Shown: in pieces, positions 1-12,109 of the stretch
Numbering within the stretch: position 1 is the first letter of the stretch
How the letters are laid out: every line of letters starts with the position of its first letter
Assembly (NCBI GenBank): GCA_964057225.1
Contig: OZ059896.1
Span: 3,906,001 to 3,970,000 of the forward strand
DNA length: 64,000 bases
From: Auanema rhodensis
Taxonomy: Eukaryota; Animalia; Nematoda
Reading direction: 5' to 3'
Position numbers and translations under genes: made by a program
Notes under the pieces: generated by a model
Databases searched by the model: none
What the model was told of the DNA's origin: nothing
Seen by the model: the letters and a program-made list of their open reading frames with translations, nothing else

Positions 1-3000
1 ATTGTTATTCAACAAAAAATTAATTCTTCAGGTGAAAATCGAGGATATAAGTGTGAACTTATATCAGTTGATATCTCGGTGCATTTTTAAGCTAGCGCAA
101 ATCTGATAACACAGATCGACGCAGCTTAAAAATCCGCATCGAATGCACTATACTACATTAAGAAAAGCTTAATACAAAAATTAGTTATGATCGTTTGAAA
201 AATGATGCATTAGTGTATGTTGAGTTTCCATGTACACTCAACATTGCTTCCAAAAACATTTTGACAAAAATTTTCCCGAAAAATTTCAAAAATAATTTCA
301 CAAAAAGTAGATGTTTTTAGATTCCTTTTTTCAAGACAAAGACGATGGACATTGTTATTCACAAAAAAATTAATCTTCAGGGTGAAAATCGAGGATATAA
401 GTGTGAACTTATATCAGTTGATATCTCGGTGCATTTTTAAGCTAGCGCAAATCTGATAACACAGATCGACGCAGCTTAAAAATCCACATCGAATGCACTA
501 TACTACATTGGGAAACACTCAATACAAACATTAGTTATGATCGTTGAAAAATGATGCATTAGTGTATGTTGAGTTTCCATGTACACTCAACATTGCTTCC
601 AAAAACATTTTGACAAAATTTTCCCGAAAATTTCAAAATAATTTCACAAAAAGTAGATGTTTTTAGATTCCTTTTTTCAAGACAAAGACGATGGACATTG
701 TTATTCAACAAAAAAATTAATTCTTCAGGGTGAAAATCGAGGATATAAGTGTGAACCTATATCAGTTGATATCTCGGTGCATTTTCAAGCTAGCGCAAAT
801 CTGATAACACAGATCGACGCAGCTTAAAAATCCGCATCGAATGCACTATACTACATGGAGAAACGCTCAATACAAAAATTAGTTATGATCGTTTGAAAAA
901 TGATGCATTAGTGTATGTTGAGTTTCCATGTACACTCAACAATGCTTCCAAAAACATTTTGACAAAAATTTTCCCGAAAAATTTCAAAATAATTTCACAA
1001 AAAGTAGATGTTTTTAGATTCCTTTTTCAAGACAAAGACGATGGACAATGTTATTCAAACGAAAAAAATTAATTCTTCACGGTGAAAATCGAGGATATAA
1101 GTGTGAACCTATATCAGTTGATATCTCGGTGCATTTTCAAGCTAGCGCAAATCTGATAACACAGATCGACGCAGCTTAAAAATCCGCATCGAATGCACTA
1201 TACTACATGGAGAAACGCTCAATACAAAAATTAGTTATGATCGTTTGAAAAATGATGCATTAGTGTATGTTGAGTTTCCATGTACACTCAACAATGCTTC
1301 CAAAAACATTTTGACAAAAATTTTCCCGAAAAATTTCAAAATAATTTCACAAAAAAGTAGATGTTTTTAGATTCCTTTTTTCAAGACAAAGACGATGGAC
1401 ATTGTTATTCAACAAAAAAATTAATTCTTCACGGTGAAAATCGAGGATATAAGTGTGAACCTATATCAGTTGATATCTCGGTGCATTTTCAAGCTAGCGC
1501 AAATCTGATAACACAGATCGACGCAGCTTAAAAATCCGCATCGAATGCACTATACTACATTAAGAAAAGCTTAATACAAAAATTAGTTATGATCGTTTGA
1601 AAAATGATGCATTAGTGTATGTTGAGTTTCCATGTACACTCAACATTGCTTCCAAAAACATTTTGACAAAAATTTTCCCGAAAAATTTCAAAATAATTTC
1701 ACAAAAAGTAGATGTTTTTAGATTCCTTTTTTCAAGGACAAAGACGATGGACATTGTTATTCAACAAAAAAATTAATTCTTCAGGGTGAAAATCGAGGAT
1801 ATAAGTGTGAACTTATATCAGTTGATATCTCGGTGCATTTTTAAGCTAGCGCAAATCTGATAACACAGATCGACGCAGCTTAAAAATCCGCATCGAATGC
1901 ACTATACTACATTGGGAAACACTCAATACAAAAATTAGTTATGATCGTTTGAAAAATGATGCATTAGTGTATGTTGAGTTTCCATGTACACTCAACAATG
2001 CTTCCAAAAACATTTTGACAAAAATTTTCCCGAAAAATTTCAAAATAATTTCACAAAAAGTAGATGTTTTTAGATTCCTTTTTTCAAGACAAAGACGATG
2101 GACATTGTTATTCAACAAAAAAATTAATTCTTCACGGTGAAAATCGAGGATATAAGTGTGAACCTATATCAGTTGATATCTCGGTGCATTTTCAAGCTAG
2201 CGCAAATCTGATAACACAGATCGACGCAGCTTAAAAATCCGCATCGAATGCACTATACTACATGGAGAAACGCTCAATACAAAAATTAGTTATGATCGTT
2301 TGAAAAATGATGCATTAGTGTATGTTGAGTTTCCATGTACACTCAACAATGCTTCCAAAAACATTTTGACAAAAATTTTCCCGAAAAATTTCAAAATAAT
2401 TTCACAAAAAGTAGATGTTTTTAGATTCCTTTTTTCAAGACAAAGACGATGGACATTGTTATTCAACAAAAAAATTAATTCTTCACGGTGAAAATCGAGG
2501 ATATAAGTGTGAACCTATATCAGTTGATATCTCGGTGCATTTTCAAGCTAGCGCAAATCTGATAACACAGATCGACGCAGCTTAAAAATCCGCATCGAAT
2601 GCACTATACTACATTAAGAAAAGCTTAATACAAAAATTAGTTATGATCGTTTGAAAAATGATGCATTAGTGTATGTTGAGTTTCCATGTACACTCAACAT
2701 TGCTTCCAAAAACATTTTGACAAAAATTTTCCCGAAAAATTTCAAAATAATTTCACAAAAAGTAGATGTTTTTAGATTCCTTTTTTCAAGACAAAGACGA
2801 TGGACATTGTTATTCAACAAAAAAATTATTCTTCAGGGTGAAAATCGAGGATATAAGTGTGAACTTATATCAGTTGATATCTCGGTGCATTTTTAAGCTA
2901 GCGCAAATCTGATAACACAGATCGACGCAGCTTAAAAATCCGCATCGAATGCACTATACTACATTGGGAAACACTCAATACAAAAATTAGTTATGATCGT

Positions 3001-6000
3001 TTGAAAAATGATGCATTAGTGTATGTTGAGTTTCCATGTACACTCAACAATGCTTCCAAAAACATTTTGACAAAAATTTTCCCGAAAAATTTCAAAATAA
3101 TTTCACAAAAAGTAGATGTTTTTAGATTCCTTTTTTCAAGACAAAGACGATGGACATTGTTATTCAACAAAAAAATTAATTCTTCACGGTGAAAATCGAG
3201 GATATAAGTGTGAACCTATATCAGTTGATATCTCGGTGCATTTTCAAGCTAGCGCAAATCTGATAACACAGATCGACGCAGCTTAAAAATCCGCATCGAA
3301 TGCACTATACTACATTAAGAAAAGCTTAATACAAAAATTAGTTATGATCGTTTGAAAAATGATGCATTAGTGTATGTTGAGTTTCCATGTACACTCAACA
3401 TTGCTTCCAAAAACATTTTGACAAAAATTTTCCCGAAAAATTTCAAAATAATTTCACAAAAAGTAGATGTTTTTAGATTCCTTTTTTTCAAGACAAAGAC
3501 GATGGACATTGTTATTCAACAAAAAAATTAATTCTTCAGGGTGAAAATCGAGGATATAAGTGTGAACTTATATCAGTTGATATCTCGGTGCATTTTCAAG
3601 CTAGCGCAAATCTGATAACACAGATCGACGCAGCTTAAAAATCCGCATCGAATGCACTATACTACATGGAGAAACGCTCAATACAAAAAATTAGTTATGA
3701 TCGTTTGAAAAATGATGCATTAGTGTATGGTGAGTTTCCATGTACACTCAACATTGCTTCCAAAAACATTTTGACAAAAATTTTCCCGAAAAATTTCAAA
3801 ATAATTTCACAAAAAGTAGATGTTTTTAGATTCCTTTTTTCAAGACAAAGACGATGGACATTGTTATTCAACAAAAAAAATTAATTCTTCAGGGTGAAAA
3901 TCGAGGATATAAGTGTGAACCTATATCAGTTGATATCTCGGTGCATTTTCAAGCTAGCGCAAATCTGATAACACAGATCGACGCAGCTTAAAAATCCGCA
4001 TCGAATGCACTATACTACATGGAGAAACGCTCAATACAAAAATTAGTTATGATCGTTTGAAAAATGATGCATTAGTGTATGTTGAGTTTCCATGTACACT
4101 CAACAATGCTTCCAAAAACATTTTGACAAAAATTTTCCCGAAAAATTTCAAAATAATTTCACAAAAAGTAGATGTTTTTAGATTCCTTTTTTCAAGACAA
4201 AGACGATGGACAATGTTATTCAACGAAAAAATTAATTCTTCACGGTGAAAATCGAGGATATAAGTGTGAACCTATATCAGTGGATATCTCGGGTGCATTT
4301 TCAAGCTAGCGCAAATCTGATAACACAGATCGACGCAGCTTAAAAATCCGCATCGAATGCACTATACTACATGGAGAAACGCTCAATACAAAAATTAGTT
4401 ATGATCGTTTGAAAAATGATGCATTAGTGTATGTTGAGTTTCCATGTACACTCAACAATGCTTCCAAAAACATTTTGACAAAAATTTTCCCGAAAAATTT
4501 CAAAATAATTTCACAAAAAGTAGATGTTTTTAGATTCCTTTTTTCAAGACAAAGACGATGGACAATGTTATTCAACGAAAAAATTAATTCTTCACGGTGA
4601 AAATCGAGGATATAAGTGTGAACCTATATCAGTGGATATCTCGGTGCATTTTCAAGCTAGCGCAAATCTGATAACACAGATCGACGCAGCTTAAAAATCC
4701 GCATCGAATGCACTATACTACATGGAGAAACGCTCAATACAAAAATTAGTTATGATCGTTTGAAAAATGATGCATTAGTGTATGTTGAGTTTCCATGTAC
4801 ACTCAACAATGCTTCCAAAAACATTTTGACAAAAATTTTCCCGAAAAATTTCAAAATAATTTCACAAAAAGTAGATGTTTTTAGATTCCTTTTTTCAAGA
4901 CAAAGACGATGGACATTGTTATTCAACAAAAAAATTAATTCTTCACGGTGAAAATCGAGGATATAAGTGTGAACCTATATCAGTGGATATCTCGGTGCAT
5001 TTTCAAGCTAGCGCAAATCTGATAACACAGATCGACGCAGCTTAAAAATCCGCATCGAATGCACTATACTACATGGAGAAACGCTCAATACAAAAATTAG
5101 TTATGATCGTTTGAAAAATGATGCATTAGTGTATGTTGAGTTTCCATGTACACTCAACAATGCTTCCAAAAACATTTTGACAAAAATTTTCCCGAAAAAT
5201 TTCAAAATAATTTCACAAAAAGTAGATGTTTTTAGATTCCTTTTTTCAAGACAAAGACGATGGACATTGTTATTCAACAAAAAAATTAATTCTTCACGGT
5301 GAAAATCGAGGATATAAGTGTGAACCTATATCAGTGGATATCTCGGTGCATTTTCAAGCTAGCGCAAATCTGATAACACAGATCGACGCAGCTTAAAAAT
5401 CCGCATCGAATGCACTATACTACATTAAGAAAAGCTTAATACAAAAATTAGTTATGATCGTTTGAAAAATGATGCATTAGTGTATGTTGAGTTTCCATGT
5501 ACACTCAACATTGCTTCCAAAAACATTTTGACAAAAATTTTCCCGAAAAATTTCAAAATAATTTCACAAAAAGTAGATGTTTTTAGATTCCTTTTTTCAA
5601 GACAAAGACGATGGACATTGTTATTCAACAAAAAAATTAATTCTTCAGGGTGAAAATCGAGGATATAAGTGTGAACCTATATCAGTTGATATCTCGGTGC
5701 ATTTTCAAGCTAGCGCAAATCTGATAACACAGATCGACGCAGCTTAAAAATCCGCATCGAATGCACTATACTACATGGAGAAACGCTCAATACAAAAATT
5801 AGTTATGATCGTTTGAAAAATGATGCATTAGTGTATGTTGAGTTTCCATGTACACTCAACAATGCTTCCAAAAACATTTTGACAAAAATTTTCCCGAAAA
5901 ATTTCAAAATAATTTCACAAAAAGTAGATGTTTTTAGATTCCTTTTTTCAAGACAAAGACGATGGACAATGTTATTCAACGAAAAAATTAATTCTTCACG

Positions 6001-9000
6001 GTGAAAATCGAGGATATAAGTGTGAACCTATATCAGTGGATATCTCGGTGCATTTTCAAGCTAGCGCAAATCTGATAACACAGATCGACGCAGCTTAAAA
6101 ATCCGCATCGAATGCACTATACTACATGGAGAAACGCTCAATACAAAAATTAGTTATGATCGTTTGAAAAATGATGCATTAGTGTATGTTGAGTTTCCAT
6201 GTACACTCAACAATGCTTCCAAAAACATTTTGACAAAAATTTTCCCGAAAAATTTCAAAATAATTTCACAAAAAGTAGATGTTTTTAGATTCCTTTTTTC
6301 AAGACAAAGACGATGGACAATGTTATTCAACGAAAAAATTAATTCTTCACGGTGAAAATCGAGGATATAAGTGTGAACCTATATCAGTGGATATCTCGGT
6401 GCATTTTCAAGCTAGCGCAAATCTGATAACACAGATCGACGCAGCTTAAAAATCCGCATCGAATGCACTATACTACATGGAGAAACGCTCAATACAAAAA
6501 TTAGTTATGATCGTTTGAAAAATGATGCATTAGTGTATGTTGAGTTTCCATGTACACTCAACAATGCTTCCAAAAACATTTTGACAAAAATTTTCCCGAA
6601 AAATTTCAAAATAATTTCACAAAAAGTAGATGTTTTTAGATTCCTTTTTTCAAGACAAAGACGATGGACATTGTTATTCAACAAAAAAATTAATTCTTCA
6701 CGGTGAAAATCGAGGATATAAGTGTGAACCTATATCAGTGGATATCTCGGTGCATTTTCAAGCTAGCGCAAATCTGATAACACAGATCGACGCAGCTTAA
6801 AAATCCGCATCGAATGCACTATACTACATGGAGAAACGCTCAATACAAAAATTAGTTATGATCGTTTGAAAAATGATGCATTAGTGTATGTTGAGTTTCC
6901 ATGTACACTCAACAATGCTTCCAAAAACATTTTGACAAAAATTTTCCCGAAAAATTTCAAAATAATTTCACAAAAAGTAGATGTTTTTAGATTCCTTTTT
7001 TCAAGACAAAGACGATGGACATTGTTATTCAACAAAAAAATTAATTCTTCACGGTGAAAATCGAGGATATAAGTGTGAACCTATATCAGTGGATATCTCG
7101 GTGCATTTTCAAGCTAGCGCAAATCTGATAACACAGATCGACGCAGCTTAAAAATCCGCATCGAATGCACTATACTACATTAAGAAAAGCTTAATACAAA
7201 AATTAGTTATGATCGTTTGAAAAATGATGCATTAGTGTATGTTGAGTTTCCATGTACACTCAACATTGCTTCCAAAAACATTTTGACAAAAATTTTCCCG
7301 AAAAATTTCAAAATAATTTCACAAAAAGTAGATGTTTTTAGATTCCTTTTTTCAAGACAAAGACGATGGACATTGTTATTCAACAAAAAAATTAATTCTT
7401 CACGGTGAAAATCGAGGATATAAGTGTGAACCTATATCAGTGGATATCTCGGTGCATTTTCAAGCTAGCGCAAATCTGATAACACAGATCGACGCAGCTT
7501 AAAAATCCGCATCGAATGCACTATACTACATTAAGAAAAGCTTAATACAAAAATTAGTTATGATCGTTTGAAAAATGATGCATTAGTGTATGTTGAGTTT
7601 CCATGTACACTCAACATTGCTTCCAAAAACATTTTGACAAAAATTTTCCCGAAAAATTTCAAAATAATTTCACAAAAAGTAGATGTTTTTAGATTCCTTT
7701 TTTCAAGACAAAGACGATGGACATTGTTATTCAACAAAAAAATTAATTCTTCAGGGTGAAAATCGAGGATATAAGTGTGAACCTATATCAGTTGATATCT
7801 CGGTGCATTTTCAAGCTAGCGCAAATCTGATAACACAGATCGACGCAGCTTAAAAATCCGCATCGAATGCACTATACTACATGGAGAAACGCTCAATACA
7901 AAAATTAGTTATGATCGTTTGAAAAATGATGCATTAGTGTATGTTGAGTTTCCATGTACACTCAACAATGCTTCCAAAAACATTTTGACAAAAATTTTCC
8001 CGAAAAATTTCAAAATAATTTCACAAAAAGTAGATGTTTTTAGATTCCTTTTTTCAAGACAAAGACGATGGACATTGTTATTCAACAAAAAAATTAATTC
8101 TTCACGGTGAAAATCGAGGATATAAGTGTGAACCTATATCAGTGGATATCTCGGTGCATTTTCAAGCTAGCGCAAATCTGATAACACAGATCGACGCAGC
8201 TTAAAAATCCGCATCGAATGCACTATACTACATGGAGAAACGCTCAATACAAAAATTAGTTATGATCGTTTGAAAAATGATGCATTAGTGTATGTTGAGT
8301 TTCCATGTACACTCAACAATGCTTCCAAAAACATTTTGACAAAAATTTTCCCGAAAAATTTCAAAATAATTTCACAAAAAGTAGATGTTTTTAGATTCCT
8401 TTTTTCAAGACAAAGACGATGGACATTGTTATTCAACAAAAAAATTAATTCTTCACGGTGAAAATCGAGGATATAAGTGTGAACCTATATCAGTGGATAT
8501 CTCGGTGCATTTTCAAGCTAGCGCAAATCTGATAACACAGATCGACGCAGCTTAAAAATCCGCATCGAATGCACTATACTACATTAAGAAAAGCTTAATA
8601 CAAAAATTAGTTATGATCGTTTGAAAAATGATGCATTAGTGTATGTTGAGTTTCCATGTACACTCAACATTGCTTCCAAAAACATTTTGACAAAAATTTT
8701 CCCGAAAAATTTCAAAATAATTTCACAAAAAGTAGATGTTTTTAGATTCCTTTTTTCAAGACAAAGACGATGGACATTGTTATTCAACAAAAAAATTAAT
8801 TCTTCAGGGTGAAAATCGAGGATATAAGTGTGAACCTATATCAGTTGATATCTCGGTGCATTTTCAAGCTAGCGCAAATCTGATAACACAGATCGACGCA
8901 GCTTAAAAATCCGCATCGAATGCACTATACTACATGGAGAAACGCTCAATACAAAAATTAGTTATGATCGTTTGAAAAATGATGCATTAGTGTATGTTGA

Positions 9001-11801
9001 GTTTCCATGTACACTCAACAATGCTTCCAAAAACATTTTGACAAAAATTTTCCCGAAAAATTTCAAAATAATTTCACAAAAAGTAGATGTTTTTAGATTC
9101 CTTTTTTCAAGACAAAGACGATGGACAATGTTATTCAACGAAAAAATTAATTCTTCACGGTGAAAATCGAGGATATAAGTGTGAACCTATATCAGTGGAT
9201 ATCTCGGTGCATTTTCAAGCTAGCGCAAATCTGATAACACAGATCGACGCAGCTTAAAAATCCGCATCGAATGCACTATACTACATTAAGAAAAGCTTAA
9301 TACAAAAATTAGTTATGATCGTTTGAAAAATGATGCATTAGTGTATGTTGAGTTTCCATGTACACTCAACAATGCTTCCAAAAACATTTTGACAAAAATT
9401 TTCCCGAAAAATTTCAAAATAATTTCACAAAAAGTAGATGTTTTTAGATTCCTTTTTTCAAGACAAAGACGATGGACAATGTTATTCAACGAAAAAATTA
9501 ATTCTTCACGGTGAAAATCGAGGATATAAGTGTGAACCTATATCAGTGGATATCTCGGTGCATTTTCAAGCTAGCGCAAATCTGATAACACAGATCGACG
9601 CAGCTTAAAAATCCGCATCGAATGCACTATACTACATGGAGAAACGCTCAATACAAAAATTAGTTATGATCGTTTGAAAAATGATGCATTAGTGTATGTT
9701 GAGTTTCCATGTACACTCAACAATGCTTCCAAAAACATTTTGACAAAAATTTTCCCGAAAAATTTCAAAATAATTTCACAAAAAGTAGATGTTTTTAGAT
9801 TCCTTTTTTCAAGACAAAGACGATGGACATTGTTATTCAACAAAAAAATTAATTCTTCACGGTGAAAATCGAGGATATAAGTGTGAACCTATATCAGTTG
9901 ATATCTCGGTGCATTTTCAAGCTAGCGCAAATCTGATAACACAGATCGACGCAGCTTAAAAATCCGCATCGAATGCACTATACTACATTGAGAAAAGCTT
10001 AATACAAAAATTAGTTATGATCGTTTGAAAAATGATGCATTAGTGTATGTTGAGTTTCCATGTACACTCAACATTGCTTCCAAAAACATTTTGACAAAAA
10101 TTTTCCCGAAAAATTTCAAAATAATTTCACAAAAAGTAGATGTTTTTAGATTCCTTTTTTCAAGACAAAGACGATGGACATTGTTATTCAACAAAAAAAT
10201 TAATTCTTCAGGGTGAAAATCGAGGATATAAGTGTGAACTTATATCAGTTGATATCTCGGTGCATTTTCAAGCTAGCGCAAATCTGATAACACAGATCGA
10301 CGCAGCTTAAAAATCCGCATCGAATGCACTATACTACATGGAGAAACGCTCAATACAAAAATTAGTTATGATCGTTTGAAAAATGATGCATTAGTGTATG
10401 TTGAGTTTCCATGTACACTCAACATTGCTTCCAAAAACATTTTGACAAAAATTTTCCCGAAAAATTTCAAAATAATTTCACAAAAAGTAGATGTTTTTAG
10501 ATTCCTTTTTTCAAGACAAAGACGATGGACATTGTTATTCAACAAAAAAATTAATTCTTCAGGGTGAAAATCGAGGATATAAGTGTGAACCTATATCAGT
10601 TGATATCTCGGTGCATTTTCAAGCTAGCGCAAATCTGATAACACAGATCGACGCAGCTTAAAAATCCGCATCGAATGCACTATACTACATGGAGAAACGC
10701 TCAATACAAAAATTAGTTATGATCGTTTGAAAAATGATGCATTAGTGTATGTTGAGTTTCCATGTACACTCAACAATGCTTCCAAAAACATTTTGACAAA
10801 AATTTTCCCGAAAAATTTCAAAATAATTTCACAAAAAGTAGATGTTTTTAGATTCCTTTTTTCAAGACAAAGACGATGGACAATGTTATTCAACGAAAAA
10901 ATTAATTCTTCACGGTGAAAATCGAGGATATAAGTGTGAACCTATATCAGTGGATATCTCGGTGCATTTTCAAGCTAGCGCAAATCTGATAACACAGATC
11001 GACGCAGCTTAAAAATCCGCATCGAATGCACTATACTACATGGAGAAACGCTCAATACAAAAATTAGTTATGATCGTTTGAAAAATGATGCATTAGTGTA
11101 TGTTGAGTTTCCATGTACACTCAACAATGCTTCCAAAAACATTTTGACAAAAATTTTCCCGAAAAATTTCAAAATAATTTCACAAAAAGTAGATGTTTTT
11201 AGATTCCTTTTTTCAAGACAAAGACGATGGACAATGTTATTCAACGAAAAAATTAATTCTTCACGGTGAAAATCGAGGATATAAGTGTGAACCTATATCA
11301 GTGGATATCTCGGTGCATTTTCAAGCTAGCGCAAATCTGATAACACAGATCGACGCAGCTTAAAAATCCGCATCGAATGCACTATACTACATGGAGAAAC
11401 GCTCAATACAAAAATTAGTTATGATCGTTTGAAAAATGATGCATTAGTGTATGTTGAGTTTCCATGTACACTCAACAATGCTTCCAAAAACATTTTGACA
11501 AAAATTTTCCCGAAAAATTTCAAAATAATTTCACAAAAAGTAGATGTTTTTAGATTCCTTTTTTCAAGACAAAGACGATGGACATTGTTATTCAACAAAA
11601 AAATTAATTCTTCACGGTGAAAATCGAGGATATAAGTGTGAACCTATATCAGTTGATATCTCGGTGCATTTTCAAGCTAGCGCAAATCTGATAACACAGA
11701 TCGACGCAGCTTAAAAATCCGCATCGAATGCACTATACTACATTAAGAAAAGCTTAATACAAAAATTAGTTATGATCGTTTGAAAAATGATGCATTAGTG
11801 T

Positions 11802-11829
11802 ATGTTGAGTTTCCATGTACACTCAACAT
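11802..11829. repeat. Inverted repeat 1 within the monomer (present in every copy)
   Basis: ATGTTGAGT-ttccatgtac-ACTCAACAT is a 9-bp perfect stem with a 10-nt loop (8 bp in the CAACAAT allele). An alternative AGTGTA/TACACT pairing overlaps it. Confidence 0.9.
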
Positions 11830-11842
11830 TGCTTCCAAAAAC

Positions 11843-11877
11843 ATTTTGACAAAAATTTTCCCGAAAAATTTCAAAAT
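11843..11877. repeat. Inverted repeat 2: imperfect A/T-tract palindrome
   Basis: ATTTTGA-caaaaa-TTTTC-cc-GAAAA-att-TCAAAAT: outer 7-bp arms and inner 5-bp arms. Confidence 0.8.
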
Positions 11878-11979
11878 AATTTCACAAAAAGTAGATGTTT
11901 TTAGATTCCTTTTTTCAAGACAAAGACGATGGACATTGTTATTCAACAAAAAAATTAATTCTTCAGGGTGAAAATCGAG

Positions 11980-12001
11980 GATATAAGTGTGAACTTATAT
12001 C
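11980..12001. repeat. Inverted repeat 3: 9-bp stem with GTGA loop
   Basis: GATATAAGT-gtga-ACTTATATC is perfect in the AACTT allele and has one mismatch in the AACCT allele. Confidence 0.9.
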
Positions 12002-12011
12002 AGTTGATATC

Positions 12012-12078
12012 TCGGTGCATTTTTAAGCTAGCGCAAATCTGATAACACAGATCGACGCAGCTTAAAAATCCGCATCGA
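12012..12078. repeat. Inverted repeat 4: 67-nt nested imperfect hairpin
   Basis: Arms are TCGGTGC/GCATCGA (one G.T), ATTTTTAAGCT/AGCTTAAAAAT (11 bp perfect), GCG/CGC and ATCTG/CAGAT, closing an ATAACA loop. Confidence 0.9.
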
Positions 12079-12092
12079 ATGCACTATACTAC

Positions 12093-12109
12093 ATTAAGAA
12101 AAGCTTAAT
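12093..12109. repeat. Inverted repeat 5: 17-nt hypervariable cassette with three main alleles
   Basis: Alleles are ATTAAG-aaaag-CTTAAT (here), ATTGGG-aaaca-CTCAAT (1911-1927) and ATGGAG-aaacg-CTCAAT (2262-2278). Confidence 0.85.

Noticed and set aside
11851-11872. CENP-B box (TTCGGGA on the minus strand)
   Set aside because: It does not match the TTCG-NNNN-A-NN-CGGG spacing of the canonical motif.
12037-12070. Hammerhead ribozyme, as in newt, schistosome and cave-cricket satellites (CTGATAA resembles the CUGANGA core)
   Set aside because: The core reads CTGATAA, not CTGANGA. I found no CTGANGA on either strand and no properly placed GAAA/NUH three-helix junction. An Infernal search would settle it.
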